Shown piece by piece: positions 1-9,771 of a stretch of DNA of 64,000 nt; within the stretch, counting starts at the first letter, position 1; the number at the start of each line of letters is the position of its first letter. A program made the translations under genes and the position numbers. The stretch lies in contig JAZOWX010000065.1 in assembly GCA_045659405.1 (NCBI GenBank), positions 9,574-73,573 of the forward strand. The letters are read 5' to 3'. Under the pieces are notes generated by a model. The model had not been told where the DNA came from and did no database searches. It saw nothing but the letters and a program-made list of their open reading frames with translations. Source of the DNA: Eubacteriales bacterium. GTDB lineage: Bacteria > Bacillota > Clostridia > Oscillospirales > CAG-272.

Positions 1-106
1 GTTAAGCACGGAGATGCAAAGCCCGAGACAAAGGGCGCTCTCGAAAGTCTTGGCGGTGCTGACGACTGATAAATAAATTGCCGCTTGTGCGGTTTGGGAG
101 AAATAT

Positions 107-937
107 ATGAATCCTTGGTTAATAGTGGGACTTTCGTTGCTTGGCATTTTACTCATTCTCGCTTGTGTTTACGTCATTCTTATTAAGCCCGGCGCTCGCC
201 GCGGTGTGCTTGAAAAATTCCGTGGCTTCAAATACGCTCACAGAGGCTTACACAGCGAATCGGTGCCCGAAAACTCTCTTGAGGCATTCCGTCTTGCAGT
301 TGAGGGTGGCTTTGGAATAGAGCTTGACGTGCATACGGTAAAGGGCGGCGAAGTAGTTGTGTTCCACGACGCTACGCTTGACAGAATGGTAGGCAAATCG
401 GCAAGGCTGGTTGATTTTACAGCAGAGGAGCTTGGGCAGATGAAGCTTCTCGGCAGTGATGAAAAAATACCGACCTTCAGGGAGGTTTTGGAGCTTGTCG
501 GGGGCAAGGTGCCGCTCATTGTTGAGCTGAAGCACAACTCGGGCGAGAGCGGTGTTGCCAAGGCCACAGCAGAGCTTTTGCGCAGTTACAAGGGCGACTT
601 CGTAGTCGAGTCCTTTGACCCGTTTACGGTTGCTGAATTCGCAAAGGAAATGCCGGATGTTGGGCGTGGAATACTTGCTCAAAGGTATACGAACGATCCC
701 AAGCACCGTGGCTTTAAATTCTTCCTTGCAGAGAATCTTCTTATTAACCGAATATGCAATCCTGACTTTGTGGCATACCGCCACTCACACGCAGATATGT
801 TTTCATTCCGTGCGGTAAAGGCGCTTTTCAAGCCTGTGACCGTTGCGTGGACCGTGCGTTCACCCGAGGAGGAAAAGGCTGCATACGATAACGGATTTGA
901 TATGATTATATTTGAGAATTATATACCGGAAAAGTGA
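107..937 (+). CDS. Glycerophosphodiester phosphodiesterase (GDPD) family protein with N-terminal membrane anchor
   Basis: 276-aa ORF. Hydrophobic N-terminus (LIVGLSLLGILLILACVYVILI), then YAHRGLH, ENSLEAF, ELDVH and VVFHDATLDR motifs typical of the GlpQ/UgpQ fold. Confidence 0.85.
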   Translation: MNPWLIVGLSLLGILLILACVYVILIKPGARRGVLEKFRGFKYAHRGLHSESVPENSLEAFRLAVEGGFGIELDVHTVKGGEVVVFHDATLDRMVGKSARLVDFTAEELGQMKLLGSDEKIPTFREVLELVGGKVPLIVELKHNSGESGVAKATAELLRSYKGDFVVESFDPFTVAEFAKEMPDVGRGILAQRYTNDPKHRGFKFFLAENLLINRICNPDFVAYRHSHADMFSFRAVKALFKPVTVAWTVRSPEEEKAAYDNGFDMIIFENYIPEK

Positions 938-972
938 TTTTTGTAAACATTTATTGACGAACAAAGATTTTT

Positions 973-1000
973 TCAGGCGAGAATCAAAATTCTCGCCTGA
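973..1000 (+). terminator. Stem-loop downstream of the GDPD gene
   Basis: Perfect 12-bp inverted repeat TCAGGCGAGAAT-caaa-ATTCTCGCCTGA. The U-tract is weak. Confidence 0.45.
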
Positions 1001-1034
1001 AGTTCTGCTTTATATTTGATTTTGGAGATTTTAA

Positions 1035-2153
1035 ATGAAGCTTACACTTGTTGCAACCTGTCTTTTCGGACTCGAGCATCTGCTCGGTGAGGAGATAGAC
1101 GCACTCGGATACGAGAGAATATCTACGATAGACGGCAGAGTCAGCTTTGCCGCAGACGAGGAGGGCGTTGCGCTTTCAAACGTATTTTTACGCTATGCGG
1201 AGCGTATTTATATCGAGGTCGGCAGAACGAGAGCCGAAAGCTTTGACGAGCTTTTTGAGGGAGTTCGTGCTATGCCGTGGGCAGATTATATTACTAAAAC
1301 GGGTGAGTTCCCCGTGTCGGGGCACTCTATAAAATCCAAGCTGTTCTCAATTCCCGACTGCCAGGCGATTATTAAAAAGGCGATAGTACGCAGTATGTCA
1401 GAGCATTACGGCATACAGATATTTGAGGAAACCGGGGCTCGCTTCAAGGTTGAGTTTTTCATTCTTAACGACACAGCATCGCTTATGATAGACACCTCGG
1501 GTATGCCGCTTCATAAAAGAGGCTACCGTAAGGAGTCGAATGCCGCACCGATAAGAGAAACGCTTGCCGCCGCAATAGCGAAAATTTCCCGTCCGAGAGA
1601 GGACGTCCTATTATGGGACCCGATGTGCGGCAGTGGCACTATTGCCATTGAGGCGGCAATGATTATGAATAATATAGCGCCCGGAAAGCGGCGCAGCTTT
1701 GCCGCAGAGAGCTTTCCTTATATAGGTAAGGGGCGGTTCGATTTGGCAAAGGAGGAGGCTTCGGACACCGAGGTAAAAAGCGCATTCCAAGCTTATGCAT
1801 CGGATATTTCAGCACCCTGTGTAGCGCTTACCGAAAGAAATGCTGTGGCGGCGGGAGTTTCGGAAAGCATTCGTGTTATGCAAATGGACTGCCGAAAAAT
1901 CACCTCGGGCGGTATGCGAGGCACTATCGTAACAAATCCGCCCTATGGCGAGAGACTCGGAACTGTCGGTGAGGCAGAGAAGCTTTACCGAGGCATTGGT
2001 GAGCATTTTCGTTCACTTGCGCCCTGGCAGGTGTATATAATAACCTCGCACCCCTCGTTTGAGCGCTTTTACGGCAAGCGTGCTGACAAGGTGCGTAAGC
2101 TTTATAACGGTATGATACCCTGCTATTTGTATCAATTCTTCAAGAATAAGTAA
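1035..2153 (+). CDS. THUMP-domain class I SAM-dependent RNA methyltransferase (RlmL/YpsC-like)
   Basis: 372-aa ORF. SAM-binding motif DPMCGSGTIAIEAA and catalytic NPPYGERLG; the N-terminal region has a THUMP-like layout. Confidence 0.85.
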   Translation: MKLTLVATCLFGLEHLLGEEIDALGYERISTIDGRVSFAADEEGVALSNVFLRYAERIYIEVGRTRAESFDELFEGVRAMPWADYITKTGEFPVSGHSIKSKLFSIPDCQAIIKKAIVRSMSEHYGIQIFEETGARFKVEFFILNDTASLMIDTSGMPLHKRGYRKESNAAPIRETLAAAIAKISRPREDVLLWDPMCGSGTIAIEAAMIMNNIAPGKRRSFAAESFPYIGKGRFDLAKEEASDTEVKSAFQAYASDISAPCVALTERNAVAAGVSESIRVMQMDCRKITSGGMRGTIVTNPPYGERLGTVGEAEKLYRGIGEHFRSLAPWQVYIITSHPSFERFYGKRADKVRKLYNGMIPCYLYQFFKNK

Positions 2154-2186
2154 ATAATAGTTAGAAAATAATGCTAAATGACATAG

Positions 2187-2226
2187 AAAGAGGTTGGATT
2201 TGAAATGAAATCCAACCTCTTTTTTA
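2187..2226. terminator. Intrinsic terminator hairpin (bidirectional)
   Basis: AAAGAGGTTGGATTT-gaaatg-AAATCCAACCTCTTT followed by a T-run. It lies between convergent genes. Confidence 0.75.
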
Positions 2227-2448
2227 CTGATGTATAACGCTTTTTAAAGTTTTGTTTTGACAAAGCTCATATAAGCTGTATTTTTACTGCCGTAATATCT
2301 AATTCTTGGTGAGCTGTACTCCGAATATCTTTGCGAGTATATATGACAAAAATTTCGGAGAGCGTACTATTACAATTTTCATATAATCTCCATTCTGACG
2401 TTTTTGACGCCCGATAGCATTATATGAAAATAATGAAAAAGCGTGCGG

Positions 2449-3162
2449 TTATCCTAAAAGCTCCGAGAGCAGCTCGCCTGCACGATTGTAGGCACGTTCT
2501 GTGACCTTATCGAGCCGTGTGGAAACAGCGCCAAGCTGTCTTATACATACCACCGTGTCGCTTGGCAGATTGCGTATTCCGTCACGTGAATAAATGCCGA
2601 GCGAGGAGAGTCTGATGCCGTATTCGTTGACGTATTCGTAATCCTTGCCGTCCTTTGTGTAGTCCTCTATTTTATCAAAAACCGGCACCTCTTCTGCGCA
2701 GTATTTCAAAAACTGCTCCTCGGAAAGAAAGCAAAGAAAATAATCGCTGTGCAGCATATTGTCCGAGAACACCCTTGAGTTATCGTAAATACGTGGGTAA
2801 TTTGGAGTTTCACCCGCCGCCTTTATGGCTTCGATATCCGCATTCGAGGGAACGTAAAGCGCCGCAAGAGCTATCGAGACCTTGCCGTCACCGTCGTAGT
2901 CGTCTGCATATTTTGCGAGTGAGGAAACAGCCTTTTGATATTCGGGAAAATCCCCGTCCTCCGAGGTGCGACTCAATTCTCCGCCGCCGGCATACATAAC
3001 GTATACGTCATATGAGTTTTTCTCGCAAAACTGCAGAGTGCATACCGTAACGGTCACTATGATAAACAGCGCTATCAGCGTGTGCCACTTGTAGTGATAC
3101 CAAAAGTTTTCTATACGCTGTTTGAAATTCATTTTATATTGGGTGTTATTTTCTTCGGGCAT
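2449..3162 (-). CDS. Hypothetical membrane-anchored protein
   Basis: ORF 2449..3210. I prefer the start at MPEENN (3162), which has AAAGGA about 10 nt upstream. One TM helix (HTLIALFIIVTVTVCTL) precedes a soluble domain with no motif I recognise. Confidence 0.55.
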   Translation of the reverse strand: MPEENNTQYKMNFKQRIENFWYHYKWHTLIALFIIVTVTVCTLQFCEKNSYDVYVMYAGGGELSRTSEDGDFPEYQKAVSSLAKYADDYDGDGKVSIALAALYVPSNADIEAIKAAGETPNYPRIYDNSRVFSDNMLHSDYFLCFLSEEQFLKYCAEEVPVFDKIEDYTKDGKDYEYVNEYGIRLSSLGIYSRDGIRNLPSDTVVCIRQLGAVSTRLDKVTERAYNRAGELLSELLG

Positions 3163-3261
3163 ATGTAAAATCCTTTTATAATTTTTCGGTCCTTTAAAAT
3201 TATACATCATTTTCCGAGATAAGTCAACACGAATAAGGTGAACGGATTGTAAAAACCGTGC

Positions 3262-3302
3262 GCAAAAACGGCAACGAGAGCGCTATGCTTCGTTGCCGTT
3301 TT
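3262..3302 (-). terminator. Intrinsic terminator after the 3354..3740 gene
   Basis: AACGGCAACGA...TCGTTGCCGTT stem, followed by TTTTT on the minus strand. Confidence 0.7.
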
Positions 3303-3353
3303 GCTATTTGGCCGAACCTGATTTTTAAAGCCGATATTTTGTGAGGATAAAAA

Positions 3354-3740
3354 TCAAGCCTCGAATTTCGCATTGAGAAACTGCGCTACGGGCAGAAAGA
3401 CAAGCGAAAGTCCGCCCCAAAGCAGGCTGTAAAGTGGGCATATCTGCCCGAGAAAATTGAGCGGCATATTACTGTAATTCCACACGTTTTTCTTTAGTAT
3501 TATGTTGAATATCACACCGAAAATAAACTCAACCGTCGTCACCGACAGCGAGCACATCACAGCCTTATATATAAGCGGCTTTTCTCGGAACATATCGGCA
3601 ATAACCGAAAACGTGATAAAGCATATACCGCCTGCTATCATCATTGACCAGTGCGTTCTGCCACGCCATAGAAGCTCTACTATGGCATATCCCGTACCGC
3701 CGACTGCAAAAAATACGCAGTATTTCTTAACCTTTTTCAT
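3354..3740 (-). CDS. Small polytopic membrane protein (putative ABC-transporter type IV / CmpB-like family)
   Basis: I prefer the start at MKKVKKY (3740) inside ORF 3354..3830. Four hydrophobic segments. The YAIVELLWRGRTHWSMMIAGGICF motif resembles the PF06541-type family, from memory only. Confidence 0.55.
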   Translation of the reverse strand: MKKVKKYCVFFAVGGTGYAIVELLWRGRTHWSMMIAGGICFITFSVIADMFREKPLIYKAVMCSLSVTTVEFIFGVIFNIILKKNVWNYSNMPLNFLGQICPLYSLLWGGLSLVFLPVAQFLNAKFEA

Positions 3741-3827
3741 AAAATCACCCCGTTTTATTATTTGCGGTTTTCGGGGGTGATATTCGGGTGTCTGTGCCGA
3801 AAATAATTGCATCGGCGATATTGATTG

Positions 3828-3872
3828 CAAAAAGAGCTATGATGGGTAAAAAACTACCGTTTCATAGCTCTT
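3828..3872 (-). terminator. Intrinsic terminator after the GH-like gene
   Basis: AGAGCTATGA...TCATAGCTCT stem followed by a T-run on the minus strand. Confidence 0.65.
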
Positions 3873-3925
3873 TTCTGTTGTATTATTGTTTGGCTTTTGT
3901 TCGCTTTGCCGTTAATCTTGGCGAA

Positions 3926-5743
3926 TCAAAAATATGAAACCGATTTTAATTCTCCGGGCTCAAGAATAAATTCTCTTTTTTCCTTGCCGTTGTCAACTGT
4001 CGCAAAAATCTTACAGTCAAAATCGGTGTTAAGAAGATAAATTCTATCCCCTTTGTAAACCGAAAATCTTAACTTGTCGCCGCCGTAAACCTTGACGTCG
4101 GCTTCCTTGTGGCTGGCTATCATAAGCGCTCGTACTACGCTGCTGTAAGCTGCAAAGGCTGCCGTGCTCGGATAGTCGAGGCAGGTCATCAAAATTGCGT
4201 ATCCGTCGCCACATTTATTCTCGGTCATCCACGCATCCATCTCGGCGAGATCCTTTGGCGTGTATTCCAGTAGCGATTCGTTACAAAGCTTGCCCGTTTC
4301 GGCAACGATATTTCTCTCTATACGCGCGTAGTTCATATATCCCTCGGGGAACCAATCCATACAGAACGGGTACGTAACCCCGGGAACTATACTTTCAAGG
4401 AAGGTGTAGGTGCGGTTGGCGTGAACCGGATTTTTTGCATCAAGGTCGCATCCGAAAAGATCCGAAACCTTACCGTCGTGTATAAGCTTCATTTCGCCAT
4501 TGCGCTTTTCTGAGGTGTTAAGGTGCGCCGCTGTCATAAAGAGCTTTCCGCCGCCCTTAACGAAGCTTTTAAGATTTTCGTAAATCTCTTCGGCCATGGT
4601 ATTCCAGCCAACGAAAACGAGATAATCGTATTTCGCCATCACCTCATAGGGCGCTGTTGCGGGTATAATATCGTAAAGACCGTAGCCCGGGGCTCCGCTG
4701 AGGTCGTGGCTTCCGAAGTTGAGCATATTGCACCAAGAGCGTTTGTTACAGATGCTATCGAATATACGCCACATATATTCGGGGGAGGAAAAAGCGTAGT
4801 CGTCGTTGTTGTGGCAGTTCCACAGATGACCGCTCATTCTGAAAGGACTGTATCCATCAAGATTGCCCTGCACGAATGCAAACTTCACCTCGGGATTGCC
4901 GAACGGACGCTTGTCCTCTCTTATAAATTCACCGAATTCCTTTAAGAATTGACGGTATTCCTTGCAAATCGGGTGGTCATATCCGAGTCTTTTATCAAGA
5001 TAGGTATCCCGAGAGCAAACGTCCTCATTTCCGCTTTCCAGAACCAAAACGTTAGAGCCTGAAAGATATGCGTAACGATAAGCAATAGGTAAGCGCTTCA
5101 TTTTGAGCGGGTCAAGGTTTCTCGTTCCCGCATACCACTCGTGAGCCATATACGTGCCCCAGCGCTCCTTGCCGTTAGCTTTTGCTACACCGCGCGTCAA
5201 GGGAATCATAACCTCCGTGTCACCGCAAAGAGCTTCAAGGAATGGGAAATCACTCTGCTCCGCAATAGTGGAAATCATCGCCGAAGCCTCAATGGAAACC
5301 GTGGGAATGCTATCGTCATAGTAAACGTCGCTTATTGCCTCTTTCAGCTTTTCGGCAACGTATTTTTTTCCATCCGATAGCGTTTCGTGATCAAGCGTGT
5401 CAGGTCCATAATTGTGGACGGCGTACCAAGAGCCGATCTCGGCTCTGCATAAATTACAAAGGTAATATTTTCCTGCGATTTTCTTCATTTCGAGCGCAAT
5501 TTCACGGTCGAAGCCCATTTGTTCTTTGGTGCGACCTTGAAACGCGAAATAAATCTTGTTATCCGCAAGATACCTCGCCCACTCTTTAAAATAGTGAGGC
5601 TCTATCGCAACGCCGGATGAGTTAAAACGCATAAAGTTAAGTCCGTATGCTATTACGTTTTTATCAATCCACTACATAACCTCTTCGGGCTTAAAGCCGT
5701 GTCTGCCTATACGTATTCCGTGAAGAATTTCTTTTCCGTCCAT
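3926..5743 (-). pseudogene. Glycoside-hydrolase-like protein (TIM-barrel-like N-terminal part plus GH42-type trimerisation-like domain) interrupted by an in-frame TAG
   Basis: The intact 568-aa ORF is 3926..5632. The same frame continues upstream through WIDKNVIAYGLNF to a TAG at 5672..5674. Beyond that it reads MDGKEILHGIRIGRHGFKPEEVM from an ATG at 5741..5743, which is preceded by AAGGATGG. The function call is weak and rests on the segment YDYLVFVGWNTMAEEIYENLKSFVKGGGKLF. Confidence 0.5.
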
Positions 5744-5894
5744 TGTAGTCGCCCATCCTTTTGCGTTTTGAATTTGAATTTTTCGGATATTCTAAAAATA
5801 TTTCGAATTCCTTTTTTCGACTTTTATTATACAGTAAAAAGCCTTTGATTTCTATATTGCTACTGAAAATTAGAATTTTATTGCTGTTTATAAG

Positions 5895-5927
5895 AAAATC
5901 CTCTCACAGCGAGTAGAGAGGATTTTT
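5895..5927. terminator. Hairpin terminator distal to lysS
   Basis: AAAATCCTCTC-acagcgagta-GAGAGGATTTT, about 240 nt downstream of the lysS stop. Confidence 0.55.
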
Positions 5928-5951
5928 ATTGTGTGTATTAGGTACTTTAAA

Positions 5952-6022
5952 TCAAGCCTCCGGCTTCATTGTGAACTTGCCGGGGAGAATGAAGCTTATA
6001 CTTCAGGCTTCATTGTCGGGTA
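5952..6022 (-). repeat. Two ghost copies of the lysS 3' terminus
   Basis: Minus strand 6022..5996 reads TAC CCG ACA ATG AAG CCT GAA GTA TAA (YPTMKPEV*), followed by 22 nt of 3' UTR homology. Minus strand 5975..5952 reads TTC ACA ATG AAG CCG GAG GCT TGA (FTMKPEA*). The real lysS end is FPTMKPEV*. Confidence 0.9.
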
Positions 6023-6165
6023 GCAAGGCAAAAAGCTTCCTGTGGACGCTTTTTGGCGAAGCGAAACCGCCCATAGCAAGGAGCAAACAGAGCCGAGGCT
6101 TGCGTAGGAGAGAGTTTGCGACTATGCGAAGGTGGAGGGGATAAACTTGCTGGGGAAAATGAAGC

Positions 6166-7674
6166 TTATACTTCAGGCTTCATAGTCGGGAACAGAAGCA
6201 CGTCACGGATTGAAGCCGAATCTGTGAGGAGCATAACGAGTCTGTCAACACCGAAGCCGAGACCGCCTGTGGGGGGCATACCGTATTCGAGCGCTGTGAT
6301 GTAGTCGTAATCAACCTCGGCTGACGTGTTCGGGTCTTCGAGGCGCTTTTTAGCAACCTGATTTTCAAATCTCGCCTTCTGGTCGATGGGGTCGTTAAGC
6401 TCGGAGAATGCGTTTCCGAACTCGGTGCAGTTGATGAAATACTCGAATCTCTCTGTGAAGAGGGGATTCTCGGGCTTGCGCTTTGCAAGCGGGCTGTTTT
6501 CAACAGGGTAGTCGTAGATGAACGTGGGCTGTACGAGCTTGTCCTCAACGAAAGCGTCAAACAGCTCGACAAGAACAGTACCGCGTGTTGCATCAGCGGG
6601 AACTTCAACGTGGTGAAGCTTTGCAGCCGCTCTTGCATCCTCGTCGGATGCCCAGTCGTTGTAGTCGATTCCCGAATATTTCTTAACAGCCTCAACCATA
6701 GTAAGGCGCTCCCACTTGCCAAGGTCGATTTCAGTACCCTGGTAGGTGATTTTTGTGCCGCCGCAAACCTCGTTTGCAAGCTTCTTGTAAAGCTCCTCGA
6801 CAAGGTCCATCATTCCGTAGTAATCGGTGAATGCCTGATAAAGCTCAACCGAGGTGAACTCGGGGTTATGCTTTGTGTCCATACCCTCGTTTCTGAAAAT
6901 TCTGCCGACCTCGTATACCTTGTTCATACCGCCTACAATAAGGCGCTTGAGGTAAAGCTCGGTCTCGATACGAAGGTACATATCAATGTCAAGTGTGTTG
7001 TGATGAGTTACAAAAGGACGAGCCGATGCTCCGATTTCAAGGGGGAGAAGTATCGGTGTATCAACCTCAAGGAATCCCTTGCCGTCAAGATATTCACGGA
7101 TGCCCTTGAGTATCAGTGAACGCTTTACAAAGGTGTCCTTAACCTCGGGATTTACGATAAGGTCTACGTATCTTTGTCTGTATCTCTGTTCAAGATTTGT
7201 GAGTCCGTGAAACTTTTCAGGCAGCGGAAGCAAGGATTTTGCAAGCAAAACTATACTTTTTGCGTGTACGGAAACCTCGCCTGTCCTTGTTCTGAAGAGA
7301 ATACCCTCAACGCCGATGATGTCACCAACGTCCCATTTCTTGAAAGCGGCATAGTCCTCCTCGCCAACGTCATCACGTGCGACGTAAAGCTGAATCTTGC
7401 CGTCTGTGTCGAGCAGGTGAGCAAAGGAAGCCTTACCCATAATTCTGCGGCTTACCATTCTGCCCGCAACTCTTACGGTTATCTCCTCGCCCTCTGCGAG
7501 TGTCGCCTCACGGCTCTCAAATTCTTCAATAGCGCACTTTGCGGTATGCGTAGCATCGTACTTTGTTATCTCAAAGGGATTCTTGCCCGCATCTGTAAGT
7601 GCCGCAAGCTTCTCACGTCTTATCTGAAGCTCGCTTGTGGAATTGTATTCGTTAACGTTCTTATTTTCTGCCAT
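6166..7674 (-). CDS. lysS: Lysine--tRNA ligase (class II)
   Basis: 502-aa ORF with an OB-fold N-terminal region and class II core motifs (FRNEG, GMPPTGGLGFGVDRLVMLL). Confidence 0.97.
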   Translation of the reverse strand: MAENKNVNEYNSTSELQIRREKLAALTDAGKNPFEITKYDATHTAKCAIEEFESREATLAEGEEITVRVAGRMVSRRIMGKASFAHLLDTDGKIQLYVARDDVGEEDYAAFKKWDVGDIIGVEGILFRTRTGEVSVHAKSIVLLAKSLLPLPEKFHGLTNLEQRYRQRYVDLIVNPEVKDTFVKRSLILKGIREYLDGKGFLEVDTPILLPLEIGASARPFVTHHNTLDIDMYLRIETELYLKRLIVGGMNKVYEVGRIFRNEGMDTKHNPEFTSVELYQAFTDYYGMMDLVEELYKKLANEVCGGTKITYQGTEIDLGKWERLTMVEAVKKYSGIDYNDWASDEDARAAAKLHHVEVPADATRGTVLVELFDAFVEDKLVQPTFIYDYPVENSPLAKRKPENPLFTERFEYFINCTEFGNAFSELNDPIDQKARFENQVAKKRLEDPNTSAEVDYDYITALEYGMPPTGGLGFGVDRLVMLLTDSASIRDVLLFPTMKPEV

Positions 7675-7699
7675 AGAAAGTATCCGCCTCTCTTTATAG

Positions 7700-8182
7700 T
7701 CAAGCCTCTTTTGCTCTTGAAACGCTCTTTATGATGAGATGCTGCTCTCTGACACCCGAAACGACAACCTCGTCGCCTGCCGATGCACCGAGAAGAGCAA
7801 GTCCTATCGGGGAAGAATCCGAGATTTTTCCGTTCAAGGGGTCTGTCTCATAAGAGCCAACTATGTGATATACAAAATCCTTGTTTCTTTCAACGTTGTG
7901 AAGCTCAACGATAGAGCCAACGCTGATTTTGCTCTCGTCTATCTGCGACTCGTCAATGACCTTCGCATTTGCTATCATCTCACGAAGCTCGTCAATTCTT
8001 GCGTGGATTTTTCCCTGCTCCTGTTTAGCCTCGTCGTATTCGCTGTTTTCCGAAAGGTCACCGAATGCGCGCGCTGTGGAAATATCCTTCTTGTTTTCTT
8101 CTACCTTGACGTTTACAAGATAGTCAAGCTCGTCCTGAAGCGCCTTAAATCCGGCGGGGGTATATGTCTTTGATTCCGACAT
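7700..8182 (-). CDS. greA: Transcription elongation factor GreA
   Basis: 160-aa ORF. N-terminal coiled-coil with DLSENSEYDEAK, plus a GreA C-terminal domain. Confidence 0.95.
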   Translation of the reverse strand: MSESKTYTPAGFKALQDELDYLVNVKVEENKKDISTARAFGDLSENSEYDEAKQEQGKIHARIDELREMIANAKVIDESQIDESKISVGSIVELHNVERNKDFVYHIVGSYETDPLNGKISDSSPIGLALLGASAGDEVVVSGVREQHLIIKSVSRAKEA

Positions 8183-8258
8183 TTTTTGTTCTCCTCAACA
8201 GTTTATATATTTTTATTAAAATCAAATTTTATCAACAAAATGTGAATATATGTTTGCA

Positions 8259-9587
8259 TTAATTGGATATTTTTGCTAAAAGTTCGATTATAGCTGTGGC
8301 GAGCTGGCGGTCTGTACCGTCCGTGTTTTCTACAACGGTATCGGGTGTTATGCCCTCGCCGTGATAGTTCTCGCCAAGCGGTGTATAGTAGTAGGCAATA
8401 GTCATTGTAACAGAAGAGCCGTCGGTAAAGCCGAAGGTGGTCTGCATTATACCCTTGCCGTAGGTTACAGTACCGACAATGCACTCGTCAAGCAGTCCCA
8501 TCTGTCCGTAATCCCTGATTGCGGAGGTGAAAAGCTCTGCGGCGGATGCCGAGTACTGATTGCATAAAACAACGCAGGGCATACCGAGCGAATCGGGATT
8601 TTTCGTCTTTTCGAAAAAGGACATTCCTGCGTAGCTATATGACGTGATAGTCACGTTTTCGGGTACGAGATAGTCTATCATAGAGAGCGCTGCGTGAAGA
8701 TATCCGCCGCCGTTTGAGCGAAGGTCGAATATAACACCGACAGCACCGTTATCCTTTATGAAATCAAGCGCATCGCCAAACTGCAGGGCGGTGTTGTTTT
8801 TGAAAGAGGTTATCTGAATGTAACCTATATTGTCCTCAAGCATCTCGTAATATACGGTTTGCTCGGTAATCTTTGCTCTTGTTGCGATAAGGGTAAGCTC
8901 ATCCTCGCCTCTTTTGACGGTAACGCTTACCTGTGTGCCCTCGACACCCTTTATGGCGTTTGCCGTGCCGTCAAAGCCCAGCTCCTCTATCGACTTGCCG
9001 TCAACTCCGATTATATAGTCACCCGGTAAAAATCCTGCCGACTCGGCGGGCGAATCCTTCATTACCGAGGTTATAAGCATTGTTCCGTTGGTATAGTTGT
9101 GCTCTATTGTGACACCGATTCCGCAGAATTCACCGCTCATACCCTGGTCATATTCTTCATACTCATCGGGTGTGCGGTAAAATGCATAGTCGTCACCGAT
9201 AGCCGCAACGTAAGAATCCACGATAGCCGTGGTCACGTCGGTCATATTGGTGATATCGAGCTTGTCGTAGCGGTTATCAAGAAAATCGTATGCGACGGTC
9301 AGCGCCAGCTCGTAGGTGGAGGGAAGCTCCTCAACGTAGTATTTCTGAAATTTATCCTCAACCAGTATGAGCTTTGCCGATGAGTAATAGGTGAAGCCCC
9401 AGCGGCTAAGATACTGTGAAACGTATTTGTAAGCAGCCTCACCCTCGGCACTCTCGATATTTGCGTAGAGCTGCTCCTTTGGGGGCATCGGTTCTTTCTC
9501 GGGTAAGTTTAAATTGCACGAAAACAGAGCTGTCGACAGAGAAAGAACAATCACACACAAAATTGCGGTAAAAAGCTTCTTTTTCAT
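8259..9587 (-). CDS. S41 family C-terminal processing peptidase (lipoprotein, PDZ domain)
   Basis: 442-aa ORF. Signal and lipobox LFSC; PDZ segment (SPAESAGFLPGDYIIGVDG); catalytic context NQYSASAAELF and TYGKG. Confidence 0.9.
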   Translation of the reverse strand: MKKKLFTAILCVIVLSLSTALFSCNLNLPEKEPMPPKEQLYANIESAEGEAAYKYVSQYLSRWGFTYYSSAKLILVEDKFQKYYVEELPSTYELALTVAYDFLDNRYDKLDITNMTDVTTAIVDSYVAAIGDDYAFYRTPDEYEEYDQGMSGEFCGIGVTIEHNYTNGTMLITSVMKDSPAESAGFLPGDYIIGVDGKSIEELGFDGTANAIKGVEGTQVSVTVKRGEDELTLIATRAKITEQTVYYEMLEDNIGYIQITSFKNNTALQFGDALDFIKDNGAVGVIFDLRSNGGGYLHAALSMIDYLVPENVTITSYSYAGMSFFEKTKNPDSLGMPCVVLCNQYSASAAELFTSAIRDYGQMGLLDECIVGTVTYGKGIMQTTFGFTDGSSVTMTIAYYYTPLGENYHGEGITPDTVVENTDGTDRQLATAIIELLAKISN

Positions 9588-9771
9588 TGCTTTAATCCTT
9601 ATTTAAATTATAAATCCTCGTTTTGTGCAGTACATTTTTTAAGCCGTGAAAGCATTTTCGGTAAAGAGCCAAAGCGCTTTGCTTTTTCAATCCCGAATAC
9701 TTCACGGCAAATAAATATATGCTTTTATTTTTATCAGAATGATAGAAAATTATCAGATAGCTCGTCTATAT

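Noticed and set aside
5672-5674. Reading the in-frame TAG as pyrrolysine or as evidence of genetic-code reassignment.
   Set aside because: TAG is used as an ordinary stop elsewhere in the window; for example, the portal and the 156-aa phage gene end in TAG. No pyl genes are visible, and a glycosidase-like protein is not a known Pyl context. It is kept only as a low-probability alternative in the finding.
6180-6803. 207-aa alternative-frame ORF inside lysS, and similar nested ORFs inside pheT, uvrC and other housekeeping genes.
   Set aside because: These are off-frame products of strongly supported conserved genes, with low-complexity Ser/Thr/Arg-rich translations.
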